Shown here one piece after another: positions 1 to 11,923 of a stretch of DNA of 64,000 nt. The translations under genes were made by a program, and so were the position numbers. This stretch comes from the human T2T-CHM13v2.0 reference genome, Homo sapiens. Positions within the stretch are counted from its first letter, which is position 1, and each line of letters opens with the position of its first letter. Under the pieces are notes generated by a model. It saw only the letters and a list, made by a program, of their open reading frames with translations, did not search any database and had not been told where the DNA came from. Location of the stretch: NCBI RefSeq assembly GCF_009914755.1, contig NC_060933.1; one strand, 5' to 3'.

Positions 1-143
1 TAAAAACTAGACAGAAGCATTCTCAGAAACTTATTTGCCATGTGTGTTCTCAACTAACAGAGTTGAACCTTTGTTTTGATACGGCATTTTGGAAACACTC
101 TTTTTGTAGAATCTGCAGGTGGATATTCGGATAGCTTTGAAGG

Positions 144-160
144 TTTCGTTGGAAACGGGA
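144..160 (+). promoter_or_regulatory. CENP-B box (representative; recurs about every 340 bp, typically 7 intact per 15-mer)
   Basis: TTTCGTTGGAAACGGGA matches the established NTTCGNNNNANNCGGGN consensus. Confidence 0.95.
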
Positions 161-354
161 ATATCTTCATATAAAATCTAGACGGAAGCATTCTCAGAAA
201 CTGCTTTGTGATGTTTTCATTCAAGTCACAGAGTAGAATGTTCCCTGTTATATACCAGGTTTGAGACACTCTTTCTGCACTACCTGGAAGTGGACGTTTG
301 GAGCGCTTTGAGGCCTATGTTGAAAAAGGAAATAACTTCCCATAATAACTAGAC

Positions 355-1034
355 AGAAGCATTCTCAGAAACTTGTTTGTGATGTGTGTATTCAACTAAC
401 AGAGATGAACCTTTCTTTTTACAGAGCAGTTTTGAAACACTCTTTTTGTGGAATCTGAAAGTGGATATTTGGATAGCTTTGAGGATTTCGTTGGAAACGG
501 GATTACATATAAAACCTAGAGAGAAGCATTCTCAGGAACTTCTTTGTGATGTTTGCATTCAAGTCACAGAACTGAACATTCCCTATCATAGAGCATGTTT
601 GAAACACTCTTTCTGTAGTATCTGCAAACGGACATTTCAAACGCTTTCAGGCCTATGGTGAGAAAGGAAATATCTTCAAATAAAAACTAGACAGAAGCAT
701 TCTCAGAAACTTGTTTGCGATGTGTTTCCTCAACTAACAGAGTTGAACCTTTCTTTTGATACAACATTTTGGAAACACTCTTTTTGTAGAATCTGCAAGT
801 GGATATTTGGATAGCTTTGAAGGTTTCTTTGGAAACGGGAATATCTTCATATAAAATCAAGACAGAAGCATTCTCAGAAACTTCTCTGTGATGTTTGCAT
901 TCAACTCATAGAGTTGAACACTTCCCTTCATACAGCAGGTTTGAAACACTCTTTTTGTAATATTTGGAAGTGGACATTTGCAGCGCTTTGAGGCCTATGA
1001 TGAAAAAGGTAATATCTTCCCATAAAAACTAGAC
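355..1034 (+). repeat. 680-bp tetramer sub-repeat (167+171+171+171), the internal building block of the HOR
   Basis: The MYSTN.. pseudo-ORF recurs every 680 bp inside HORs (386->1066, 2258->2938 and so on). The 167-bp monomer has GGGATTACATAT in place of GGGAATATCTTCATAT. Confidence 0.93.
653..669 (+). promoter_or_regulatory. pJ-alpha-type (A box) motif, representative
   Basis: CTATGGTGAGAAAGGAA sits at the position homologous to the CENP-B box in alternate monomers and is close to the pJ-alpha motif CTAYGGTGRAAAAGGAA. Confidence 0.8.
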
Positions 1035-1845
1035 AGAAGCATTCTCAGAAACTTGTTTGTGATGTGTGTATTCAACTAACGGAGATGAACCTTTCTTTTT
1101 ACAGAGCAGTTTTGAAACACTCTTTTTGTGGAATCTGAAAGTGGATATTTGGATAGCTTTGCGGATTTCGTTGGAAACGGGATTACATATAAAATCTAGG
1201 GAGAAGCATTCTCAGGAACTTCTTTGTGATGTTTGCATTCAAGTCACAGAACTGAACATTCCCTTTCATAGAGCAGGTTTGAAACACTCTTTCTGTAGTA
1301 TCTGCAAGCGGACGTTTTAAGCGCTTTCAGGCCTGTGGTGAGAAAGGAAATATCTTCAAATAAAAACTAGACAGAAGCATTCTCAGAAACTTATTTGCGA
1401 TGTGTGTCCTCAACTAACAGAGTTGAACCTTTCTTTTGATACAACATTTTGGAAACACTCTTTTTGTAGAATCTGCAAGTGGATATTTGGATAGCTTTGA
1501 AGGTTTCGTTGGAAACGGGAATATCTTCATATGAAATCAAGACAGAAGCATTCTCAGAAACTTCTCTGTGATGTTTGCATTCAACTCATAGAGTTGAACA
1601 CTTCCCTTCATACAGCAGGTTTGAAACACTCTTTTTCTAATATTTGGAAGTGGACATTTGCAGCGCTTTGAGGCCTATGTTGAAAAAGGAAATATCTTCT
1701 CCTAAAAACCAGACAGAAGCATTCTCAGAAACTTCCTTGTGATGTGTGTACTCAAGTAACAGAGTTGAACCTTCCTTTTGACGGAGCAGTTTTGAAGCAC
1801 TCTTTTTGTAGAATCTGCAAGTGGATATTTTGATACCTTTGAGGA

Positions 1846-1862
1846 TTTCGTTGGACACGGGA
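1846..1862 (+). promoter_or_regulatory. Variant but consensus-intact CENP-B box in the first trimer monomer
   Basis: TTTCGTTGGACACGGGA retains TTCG-N4-A-N2-CGGG. Confidence 0.85.
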
Positions 1863-2015
1863 TATCTTCATATAAAATCTAGACAGAAGCATTCTCAGAA
1901 ACTTCTTTGTGCTGTATGTCCTCAATTAACAGAGTTGAACCTTTGTGTGGATACAGCATTTTGGAAACATTCCTTTAGTAGAATCTGCAAGTTGATATTT
2001 AGATAGCTAGGAAGA

Positions 2016-2032
2016 TTTCCTTGGAAACGGGA
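2016..2032 (+). promoter_or_regulatory. Degenerate CENP-B box in the second trimer monomer (fixed in all HOR copies)
   Basis: TTTCCTTGGAAACGGGA has TTCG changed to TTCC, which destroys a core position. Confidence 0.85.
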
Positions 2033-3586
2033 ATATCTTCATATAAAATCTAGACGGAAGCATTCTCAGAAAGTGCTTTGTGATGTTTGCATTCAAGTCA
2101 CAGAGTTGAATATTCCCTTTTATAGAGCAGGTTTGAAACACTCTTTCTGCACTACCTGGAAGTGGACATTTGGAGCGCTTAGAGGCCTATGTTGAAAAAG
2201 GAAATATCTTCCCATAAAAACTAGACAGAAGCATTCTCAGAAACTTGTTTGTGATGTGTGTATTCAACTAACAGAGATGAACCTTTCTTTTTACAGAGCA
2301 GTTTTGAAACACTCTTTTTGTGGAATCTGAAAGTGGATATTTGGATAGCTTTGAGGATTTCGTTGGAAACGGGATTACATATAAAACCTAGAGAGAAGCA
2401 TTCTCAGGAACTTCTTTGTGATGTTTGCCTTCTAGTCACAGGACTGAACATTCCCTTTCATAGAGCAGGTTTGAAACACTCTTTCTGTAGTATCTGCAAG
2501 CTGACGTTTCAAGCGCTTTCAGGCCTATGGTGAGAAAGGAAATATCTTCAAGTAAAAACTAGACAGAAGCATTCTCAGAAACTTATTTGCCATGTGTGTT
2601 CTCAACTAACAGAGTTGAACCTTTGTTTTGATACGGCATTTTGGAAACACTCTTTTTGTAGAATCTGCAGGTGGATATTCGGATAGCTTTGAAGGTTTCG
2701 TTGGAAACGGGAATATCTTCATATAAAATCTAGACGGAAGCATTCTCAGAAACTGCTTTGTGATGTTTTCATTCAAGTCACAGAGTAGAATCTTCCCTGT
2801 TATATACCAGGTTTCAGACACTCTTTCTGCACTACCTGGAAGTGGACATTTGCAGCGCTTTGAGGCCTATGATGAAAAAGGAAATATCTTCCCATAAAAA
2901 CTAGACAGAAGCATTCTCAGAAACTTGTTTGTGATGTGTGTATTCAACTAACAGAGATGAACCTTTCTTTTTACAGAGCAGTTTTGAAACACTCTTTTTG
3001 TGGAATCTGAAAGTGGATATTTGGATAGCTTTGCGGATTTCGTTGGAAACGGGATTACTTATAAAATCTAGGGAGAAGCATTCTCAGGAACTTCTTTGTG
3101 ATGTTTGCATTCAAGTCACAGAACTGAACATTCCCTTTCATAGAGCAGGTTTGAAACACTCTTTCTGTAGTATCTGCAAGCGGACGTTTTAAGCGCTTTC
3201 AGGCCTGTGGTGAGAAAGGAAATATCTTCAAATAAAAACTAGACAGAAGCATTCTCAGAAACTTATTTGCGATGTGTGTCCTCAACTAACAGAGTTGAAC
3301 CTTTCTTTTGATACAACATTTTGGAAACACTCTTTTTGTAGAATCTGCAAGTGGATATTTGGATAGCTTTGAAGGTTTCGTTGGAAACGGGAATATCTTC
3401 ATATGAAATCAAGACAGAAGCATTCTCAGAAACTTCTCTGTGATGTTTGCATTCAACTCATAGAGTTGAACACTTCCCTTCATACAGCAGGTTTGAAACA
3501 CTCTTTTTCTAATATTTGGAAGTGGACATTTGCAGCGCTTTGAGGCCTATGTTGAAAAAGGAAATATCTTCTCCTAAAAACCAGAC

Positions 3587-6138
3587 AGAAGCATTCTCAG
3601 AAACTTCCTTGTGATGTGTGTACTCAAGTAACAGAGTTGAACCTTCCTTTTGACAGAGCAGTTTTGAAGCACTCTTTTTGTAGAATCTGCAAGTGGATAT
3701 TTTGATACCTTTGAGGATTTCGTTGGACACGGGATATCTTCATATAAAATCTAGACAGAAGCATTCTCAGAAACTTCTTTGTGCTGTATGTCCTCAATTA
3801 ACAGAGTTGAACCTTTGTGTGGATACAGCATTTTGGAAACATTCCTTTAGTAGAATCTGCAAGTTGATATTTAGATAGCTAGGAAGATTTCCTTGGAAAC
3901 GGGAATATCTTCATATAAAATCTAGACGGAAGCATTCTCAGAAAGTGCTTTGTGATGTTTGCATTCAAGTCACAGAGTTGAATATTCCCTTTTATAGAGC
4001 AGGTTTGAAACACTCTTTCTGCACTACCTGGAAGTGGACATTTGGAGCGCTTTGAGGCCTATGTTGAAAAAGGAAATATCTTCCCATAAAAACTAGACAG
4101 AAGCATTCTCAGAAACTTGTTTGTGATGTGTGTATTCAACTAACAGAGATGAACCTTTCTTTTTACAGAGCAGTTTTGAAACACTCTTTTTGTGGAATCT
4201 GAAAGTGGATATTTGGATAGCTTTGAGGATTTCGTTGGAAACGGGATTACATATAAAACCTAGAGAGAAGCATTCTCAGGAACTTCTTTGTGATGTTTGC
4301 CTTCTAGTCACAGGACTGAACATTCCCTTTCATAGAGCATGTTTGAAACACTCTTTCTGTAGTATCTGCAAGCTGACGTTTCAAGCGCTTTCAGGCCTAC
4401 GATGAGAAAGGAAATATCTTCAAGTAAAAACTAGACAGAAGCATTCTCAGAAACTTATTTGCCATGTGTGTTCTCAACTAACAGAGTTGAACCTTTGTTT
4501 TGATACGGCATTTTGGAAACACTCTTTTTGTAGAATCTGCAGGTGGATATTCGGATAGCTTTGAAGGTTTCGTTGGAAACGGGAATATCTTCATATAAAA
4601 TCTAGACGGAAGCATTCTCAGAAACTGCTTTGTGATGTTTTCATTCAAGTCACAGAGTAGAATCTTCCCTGTTATATACCAGGTCTCAGACACTCTTTCT
4701 GCACTACCTGGAAGTGGACATTTGCAGCGCTTTGAGGCCTATGATGAAAAGGGAAATATCTTCCCATAAAAACTAGACAGAAGCATTCTCAGAAACTTGT
4801 TTGTGATGTGTGTATTCAACTAACAGAGATGAACCTTTCTTTTTACAGAGCAGTTTTGAAACACTCTTTTTGTGGAATCTGAAAGTGGATATTTGGATAG
4901 CTTTGAGGATTTCGTTGGAAACGGGATTACATATAAAATCTAGAGAGAAGCATTCTCAGGAACTTCTTTGTGATGTTTGCATTCACGTCACAGAGCTGAA
5001 CATTCCCTTTCATAGAGCATGTTTGAAACACTCTTTCTGTAGTATCTGCAAACGGACATTTCAAACGCTTTCAGGCCTATGGTGAGAAAGGAAATATCTT
5101 CAAATAAAAACTAGACAGAAGCATTCTCAGAAACTTATTTGCGATGTGTGTCCTCAACTAACAGAGTTGAACCTTTCTTTTGATACAACATTTTGGAAAC
5201 ACTCTTTTTGTGGAATCTGCAAGTGGATATTTGGATAGCTTTGAAGATTTCGTTGGAAACGGGAATATCTTCATATAAAATCAAGACAGAAGCATTCTCA
5301 GAAACTTCTCTGTGATGTTTGCATTCAACTCATAGAGTTGAACACTTCCCTTCATACAGCAGGTTTGAAACACTCTTTTTGTAATATTTGGAAGTGGACA
5401 TTTGCAGCGCTTTGAGGCCTATGATGAAAAAGGAAATATCTTCCCATAACAACTAGACAGAAGCATTCTCAGAAACTTGTTTGTGATGTGTGTATTCAAC
5501 TAACAGAGATGAACCTTTCTTTTTACAGAGCAGTTTTGAAACACTCTTTTTGTGGAATCTGAAAGTGGATATTTGGATAGCTTTGCGGATTTCGTTGGAA
5601 ACGGGATTACATATAAAATCTAGGGAGAAGCATTCTCAGGAACTTCTTTGTGATGTTTGCATTCAAGTCACAGAACTGAACATTCCCTTTCATAGAGCAG
5701 GTTTGAAACACTCTTTCTGTAGTATCTGCAAGCGGACGTTTTAAGCGCTTTCAGGCCTGTGGTGAGAAAGGAAATATCTTCAAATAAAAACTAGACAGAA
5801 GCATTCTCAGAAACTTATTTGCGATGTGTGTCCTCAACTAACAGAGTTGAACCTTTCTTTTGATACAACATTTTGGAAACACTCTTTTTGTAGAATCTGC
5901 AAGTGGATATTTGGATAGCTTTGAAGGTTTCGTTGGAAACGGGAATATCTTCATATGAAATCAAGACAGAAGCATTCTCAGAAACTTCTCTGTGATGTTT
6001 GCATTCAACTCATAGAGTTGAACACTTCCCTTCATACAGCAGGTTTGAAACACTCTTTTTCTAATATTTGGAAGTGGACATTTGCAGCGCTTTGAGGCCT
6101 ATGTTGAAAAAGGAAATATCTTCTCCTAAAAACCAGAC
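3587..6138 (+). repeat. Representative 15-mer HOR (2552 bp): trimer + Q1 + Q3 + Q4; 12 units of this length in the window
   Basis: Marker spacing 3693->6245 = 2552. The same spacing ends at 8797, 14582, 17134, 19686, 22238, 26662, 41977, 50142, 52694, 57118 and 61542. Confidence 0.92.
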
Positions 6139-8690
6139 AGAAGCATTCTCAGAAACTTCCTTGTGATGTGTGTACTCAAGTAACAGAGTTGAACCTTCCT
6201 TTTGACAGAGCAGTTTTGAAGCACTCTTTTTGTAGAATCTGCAAGTGGATATTTTGATACCTTTGAGGATTTCATTGGACACGGGATATCTTCATATAAA
6301 ATCTAGACAGAAGCATTCTCAGAAACTTCTTTGTGCTGTATGTCCTCAATTAACAGAGTTGAACCTTTGTGTGGATACAGCATTTTGGAAACATTCCTTT
6401 AGTAGAATCTGCAAGTTGATATTTAGATAGCTAGGAAGATTTCCTTGGAAACGGGAATATCTTCATATAAAATCTAGACGGAAGCATTCTCAGAAAGTGC
6501 TTTGTGATGTTTGCATTCAAGTCACAGAGTTGAATATTCCCTTTTATAGAGCAGGTTTGAAACACTCTTTCTGCACTACCTGGAAGTGGACATTTGGAGC
6601 GCTTTGAGGCCTATGTTGAAAAAGGAAATATCTTCCCATAAAAACTAGACAGAAGCATTCTCAGAAACTTGTTTGTGATGTGTGTATTCAACTAACAGAG
6701 ATGAACCTTTCTTTTTACAGAGCAGTTTTGAAACACTCTTTTTGTGGAATCTGAAAGTGGATATTTGGATAGCTTTGAGGATTTCGTTGGAAACGGGATT
6801 ACATATAAAACCTAGAGAGAAGCATTCTCAGGAACTTCTTTGTGATGTTTGCATTCAAGTCACAGGACTGAACATTCCCTTTCATAGAGCAGGTTTGAAA
6901 CACTCTTTCTGTAGTATCTGCAAGCTGACGTTTCAAGCGCTTTCAGGCCTATGGTGAGAAAGGAAATATCTTCAAATAAAAACTAGACAGAAGCATTCTC
7001 AGAAACTTATTTGCCATGTGTGTTCTCAACTAACAGAGTTGAACCTTTGTTTTGATACGGCATTTTGGAAACACTCTTTTTGTAGAATCTGCAGGTGGAT
7101 ATTCGGATAGCTTTGAAGGTTTCGTTGGAAACGGGAATATCTTCATATAAAATCTAGACGGAAGCATTCTCAGAAACTGCTTTGTGATGTTTTCATTCAA
7201 GTCACAGAGTAGAATGTTCCCTGTTATATACCAGGTTTGAGACACTCTTTCTGCACTACCTGGAAGTGGACGTTTGGAGCGCTTTGAGGCCTATGTTGAA
7301 AAAGGAAATAACTTCCCATAATAACTAGACAGAAGCATTCTCAGAAACTTGTTTGTGATGTGTGTATTCAACTAACAGAGATGAACCTTTCTTTTTACAG
7401 AGCAGTTTTGAAACACTCTTTTTGTGGAATCTGAAAGTGGATATTTGGATAGCTTTGAGGATTTCGTTGGAAACGGGATTACATATAAAACCTAGAGAGA
7501 AGCATTCTCAGGAACTTCTTTGTGATGTTTGCATTCAAGTCACAGAACTGAACATTCCCTATCATAGAGCATGTTTGAAACACTCTTTCTGTAGTATCTG
7601 CAAACGGACATTTCAAACGCTTTCAGGCCTATGGTGAGAAAGGAAATATCTTCAAATAAAAACTAGACAGAAGCATTCTCAGAAACTTGTTTGCGATGTG
7701 TTTCCTCAACTAACAGAGTTGAACCTTTCTTTTGATACAACATTTTGGAAACACTCTTTTTGTAGAATCTGCAAGTGGATATTTGGATAGCTTTGAAGGT
7801 TTCTTTGGAAACGGGAATATCTTCATATAAAATCAAGACAGAAGCATTCTCAGAAACTTCTCTGTGATGTTTGCATTCAACTCATAGAGTTGAACACTTC
7901 CCTTCATACAGCAGGTTTGAAACACTCTTTTTGTAATATTTGGAAGTGGACATTTGCAGCGCTTTGAGGCCTATGATGAAAAAGGAAATATCTTCCCATA
8001 AAAACTAGACAGAAGCATTCTCAGAAACTTGTTTGTGATGTGTGTATTCAACTAACGGAGATGAACCTTTCTTTTTACAGAGCAGTTTTGAAACACTCTT
8101 TTTGTGGAATCTGAAAGTGGATATTTGGATAGCTTTGCGGATTTCGTTGGAAACGGGATTACATATAAAATCTAGGGAGAAGCATTCTCAGGAACTTCTT
8201 TGTGATGTTTGCATTCAAGTCACAGAACTGAACATTCCCTTTCATAGAGCAGGTTTGAAACACTCTTTCTGTAGTATCTGCAAGCGGACGTTTTAAGCGC
8301 TTTCAGGCCTGTGGTGAGAAAGGAAATATCTTCAAATAAAAACTAGACAGAAGCATTCTCAGAAACTTATTTGCGATGTGTGTCCTCAACTAACAGAGTT
8401 GAACCTTTCTTTTGATACAACATTTTGGAAACACTCTTTTTGTAGAATCTGCAAGTGGATATTTGGATAGCTTTGAAGGTTTCGTTGGAAACGGGAATAT
8501 CTTCATATGAAATCAAGACAGAAGCATTCTCAGAAACTTCTCTGTGATGTTTGCATTCAACTCATAGAGTTGAACACTTCCCTTCATACAGCAGGTTTGA
8601 AACACTCTTTTTCTAATATTTGGAAGTGGACATTTGCAGCGCTTTGAGGCCTATGTTGAAAAAGGAAATATCTTCTCCTAAAAACCAGAC

Positions 8691-11600
8691 AGAAGCATTC
8701 TCAGAAACTTCCTTGTGATGTGTGTACTCAAGTAACAGAGTTGAACCTTCCTTTTGACGGAGCAGTTTTGAAGCACTCTTTTTGTAGAATCTGCAAGTGG
8801 ATATTTTGTTACCTTTGAGGATTTCGTTGGACACGGGATATCTTCATATAAAATCTAGACAGAAGCATTCTCAGAAACTTCTTTGTGCTGTATGTCCTCA
8901 ATTAACAGAGTTGAACCTTTGTGTGGATACAGCATTTTGGAAACATTCCTTTAGTAGAATCTGCAAGTTGATATTTAGATAGCTAGGAAGATTTCCTTGG
9001 AAACGGGAATATCTTCATATAAAATCTAGACGGAAGCATTCTCAGAAAGTGCTTTGTGATGTCTTCATTCAAGTCACAGAGTAGAATGTTCCCTTTTATA
9101 GAGCAGGTTTGAAACACTCTTTCTGCACTACCTGGAAGTGGACATTTGGAGCGCTTTGAGACCTATGTTGAAAAAGGAAATATCTTCCCATAAAAACTAG
9201 ACAGAAGCATTCTCAGAAACTTGTTTGTGATGTGTGTATTCAACTAACAGAGATGAACCTTTCTTTTTACAGAGCAGTTTTGAAACACTCTTTTTGTGGA
9301 ATCTGAAAGTGGATATTTGGATAGCTTTGAGGATTTCGTTGGAAACGGGATTACATATAAAACCTAGAGAGAAGCATTCTCAGGAACTTCTTTGTGATGT
9401 TTGCCTTCAAGTCACAGGACTGAACATTCCCTTTCATAGAGCAGGTTTGAAACACTCTTTCTGTAGTATCTGCAAGCTGACGTTTCAAGCGCTTTCAGGC
9501 CTATGGTGACAAAGGAAATATCTTCAAGTAAAAACTAGACAGAAGCATTCTCAGAAACTTATTTGCCATGTGTGTTCTCAACTAACAGAGTTGAACCTTT
9601 GTTTTGATATGGCATTTTGGAAACACTCTTTTTGTAGAATCTGCAGGTGGATATTCGGATAGCTTTGAAGGTTTCGTTGGAAACGGGAATATCTTCATAT
9701 AAAATCTAGACGGAAGCATTCTCAGAAACTGCTTTGTGATGTTTTCATTCAAGTCACAGAGTAGAATGTTCCCTGTTATATACCAGGTTTGAGACACTCT
9801 TTCTGCACTACCTGGAAGTGGACGTTTGGAGCGCTTTGAGGCCTATGATGAAAAAGGAAATATCTTCCCATAAAAACTAGACAGAAGCATTCTCAGAAAC
9901 TTGTTTGTGATGTGTGTATTCAACTAACAGAGATGAACCTTTCTTTTTACAGAGCAGTTTTGAAACACTCTTTTTGTGGAATCTGAAAGTGGATATTTGG
10001 ATAGCTTTGAGGATTTCGTTGGAAACGGGATTACATATAAAACCTAGAGAGAAGCATTCTCAGGAACTTCTTTGTGATGTTTGCATTCAAGTCACAGAAC
10101 TGAACATTCCCTTTCATAGAGCAGGTTTGAAACACTCTTTCTGTAGTATCTGCAAGCTGACGTTTCAAGCGCTTTCAGGCCTATGGTGAGAAAGGAAATA
10201 TCTTCAAGTAAAAACTAGACAGAAGCATTCTCAGAAACTTATTTGCGATGTGTGTTCTCAACTAACAGAGTTGAACCTTTGTTTTGATATGGCATTTTGG
10301 AAACACTCTTTTTGTAGAATCTGCAGGTGGATATTCGGATAGCTTTGAAGGTTTCGTTGGAAACGGGAATATCTTCATATAAAATCTAGACGGAAGCATT
10401 CTCAGAAACTGCTTTGTGATGTTTTCATTCAAGTCACAGAGTAGAATGTTCCCTGTTATATACCAGGTTTGAGACACTCTTTCTGCACTACCTGGAAGTG
10501 GACATTTGCAGCGCTTTGAGGCCTATGATGAAAAAGGAAATATCTTCCCATAAAAACTAGACAGAAGCATTCTCAGAAACTTGTTTGTGATGTGTGTATT
10601 CAACTAACAGAGATGAACCTTTCTTTTTACAGAGCAGTTTTGAAACACTCTTTTTGTGGAATCTGAAAGTGGATATTTGGATAGCTTTGAGGATTTCGTT
10701 GGAAACGGGATTACATATAAAATCTAGAGAGAAGCATTCTCAAGAACTTCTTTGTGATGTTTTCATTCAAGTCACAGAACTGAACATTCCCTTTCATAGA
10801 GCATGTTTGAAACACTCTTACTGTAGTATCTGCAAACGGACATTTCAAACGCTTTCAGGCCTATGGTGAGAAAGGAAATATCTTCAAATAAAAACTAGAC
10901 AGAAGCATTCTCAGAAACTTATTTGCGATGTGTGTCCTCAACTAACAGAGTTGAACCTTTCTTTTGATACAACATTTTGGAAACACTCTTTTTGTAGAAT
11001 CTGCAAGTGGATATTTGAATAGCTTTGAAGGTTTCGTTGGAAACGGGAATATCTTCATATAAAATCAAGACAGAAGCATTCTCAGAAACTTCTCTGTGAT
11101 GTTTGCATTCAACTCATAGAGTTGAACACTTCCCTTCATACAGCAGGTTTGAAACACTCTTTTTGTAATATTTGGAAGTGGACATTTTCAGCGCTTTGAG
11201 GCCTATGATGAAAAAGGTAATATCTTCCCATAAAAACTAGACAGAAGCATTCTCAGAAACTTGTTTGTGATGTGTGTATTCAACTAACAGAGATGAACCT
11301 TTCTTTTTACAGAGCAGTTTTGAAACACTCTTTTTGTGGAATCTGAAAGTGGATATTTGGATAGCTTTGCGGATTTCGTTGGAAACGGGATTACATATAA
11401 AATCTAGGGAGAAGCATTCTCAGGAACTTCTTTGTGATGTTTGCATTCAAGTCACAGAACTGAACATTCCCTTTCATAGAGCAGGTTTTGAAACACTCTT
11501 TCTGTAGTATCTGCAAGCGGACGTTTTAAGCGCTTTCAGGCCTGTGGTGAGAAAGGAAATATCTTCAAATAAAAACTAGACAGAAGCATTCTCAGAAACT

Positions 11601-11923
11601 TATTTGCGATGTGTGTCCTCAACTAACAGAGTTGAACCTTTCTTTTGATACAACATTTTGGAAACACTCTTTTTGTAGAATCTGCAAGTGGATATTTGGA
11701 TAGCTTTGAAGGTTTCGTTGGAAACGGGAATATCTTCATATGAAATCAAGACAGAAGCATTCTCAGAAACTTCTCTGTGATGTTTGCATTCAACTCATAG
11801 AGTTGAACACTTCCCTTCATACAGCAGGTTTGAAACACTCTTTTTCTAATATTTGGAAGTGGACATTTGCAGCGCTTTGAGGCCTATGTTGAAAAAGGAA
11901 ATATCTTCTCCTAAAAACCAGAC
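8691..11923 (+). repeat. Full-length 19-mer HOR (3233 bp, includes a 1-bp T insertion)
   Basis: Marker spacing 8797->12030 = 3233, with four tetramers at 9234, 9914, 10594 and 11274. GCAGGTTTTG at 11481-11490 has an extra T. Confidence 0.92.

Larger units (their letters stand above)
1715..2226 (+). repeat. 512-bp trimer block (B-B-A; 170+171+171), present once per HOR
   Basis: Monomer starts at 1715, 1885, 2056 and 2227. Diagnostic strings are CTTCCTTGTG..TACTCAAGTAAC, GCTGTATGTCCTCAATT and GAAAGTGCTTTG. Confidence 0.92.
1715..3586 (+). repeat. 11-mer HOR variant (1872 bp): trimer + tetramer Q1 + tetramer Q4
   Basis: Trimer marker ORFs at 1821 and 3693 are 1872 apart. The unit has only the CCTT..GGACTG (Q1) and GCGGATT/CTAGGG/GTTTTAAG (Q4) tetramers. 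Confidence 0.9.

Noticed and set aside
300-320. Short palindromes AGCGCT / AGGCCT and TATAAAA motifs as terminators or promoters
   Set aside because: They are ordinary alpha-satellite consensus features present in most monomers, and nothing in the sequence supports a specific regulatory role.
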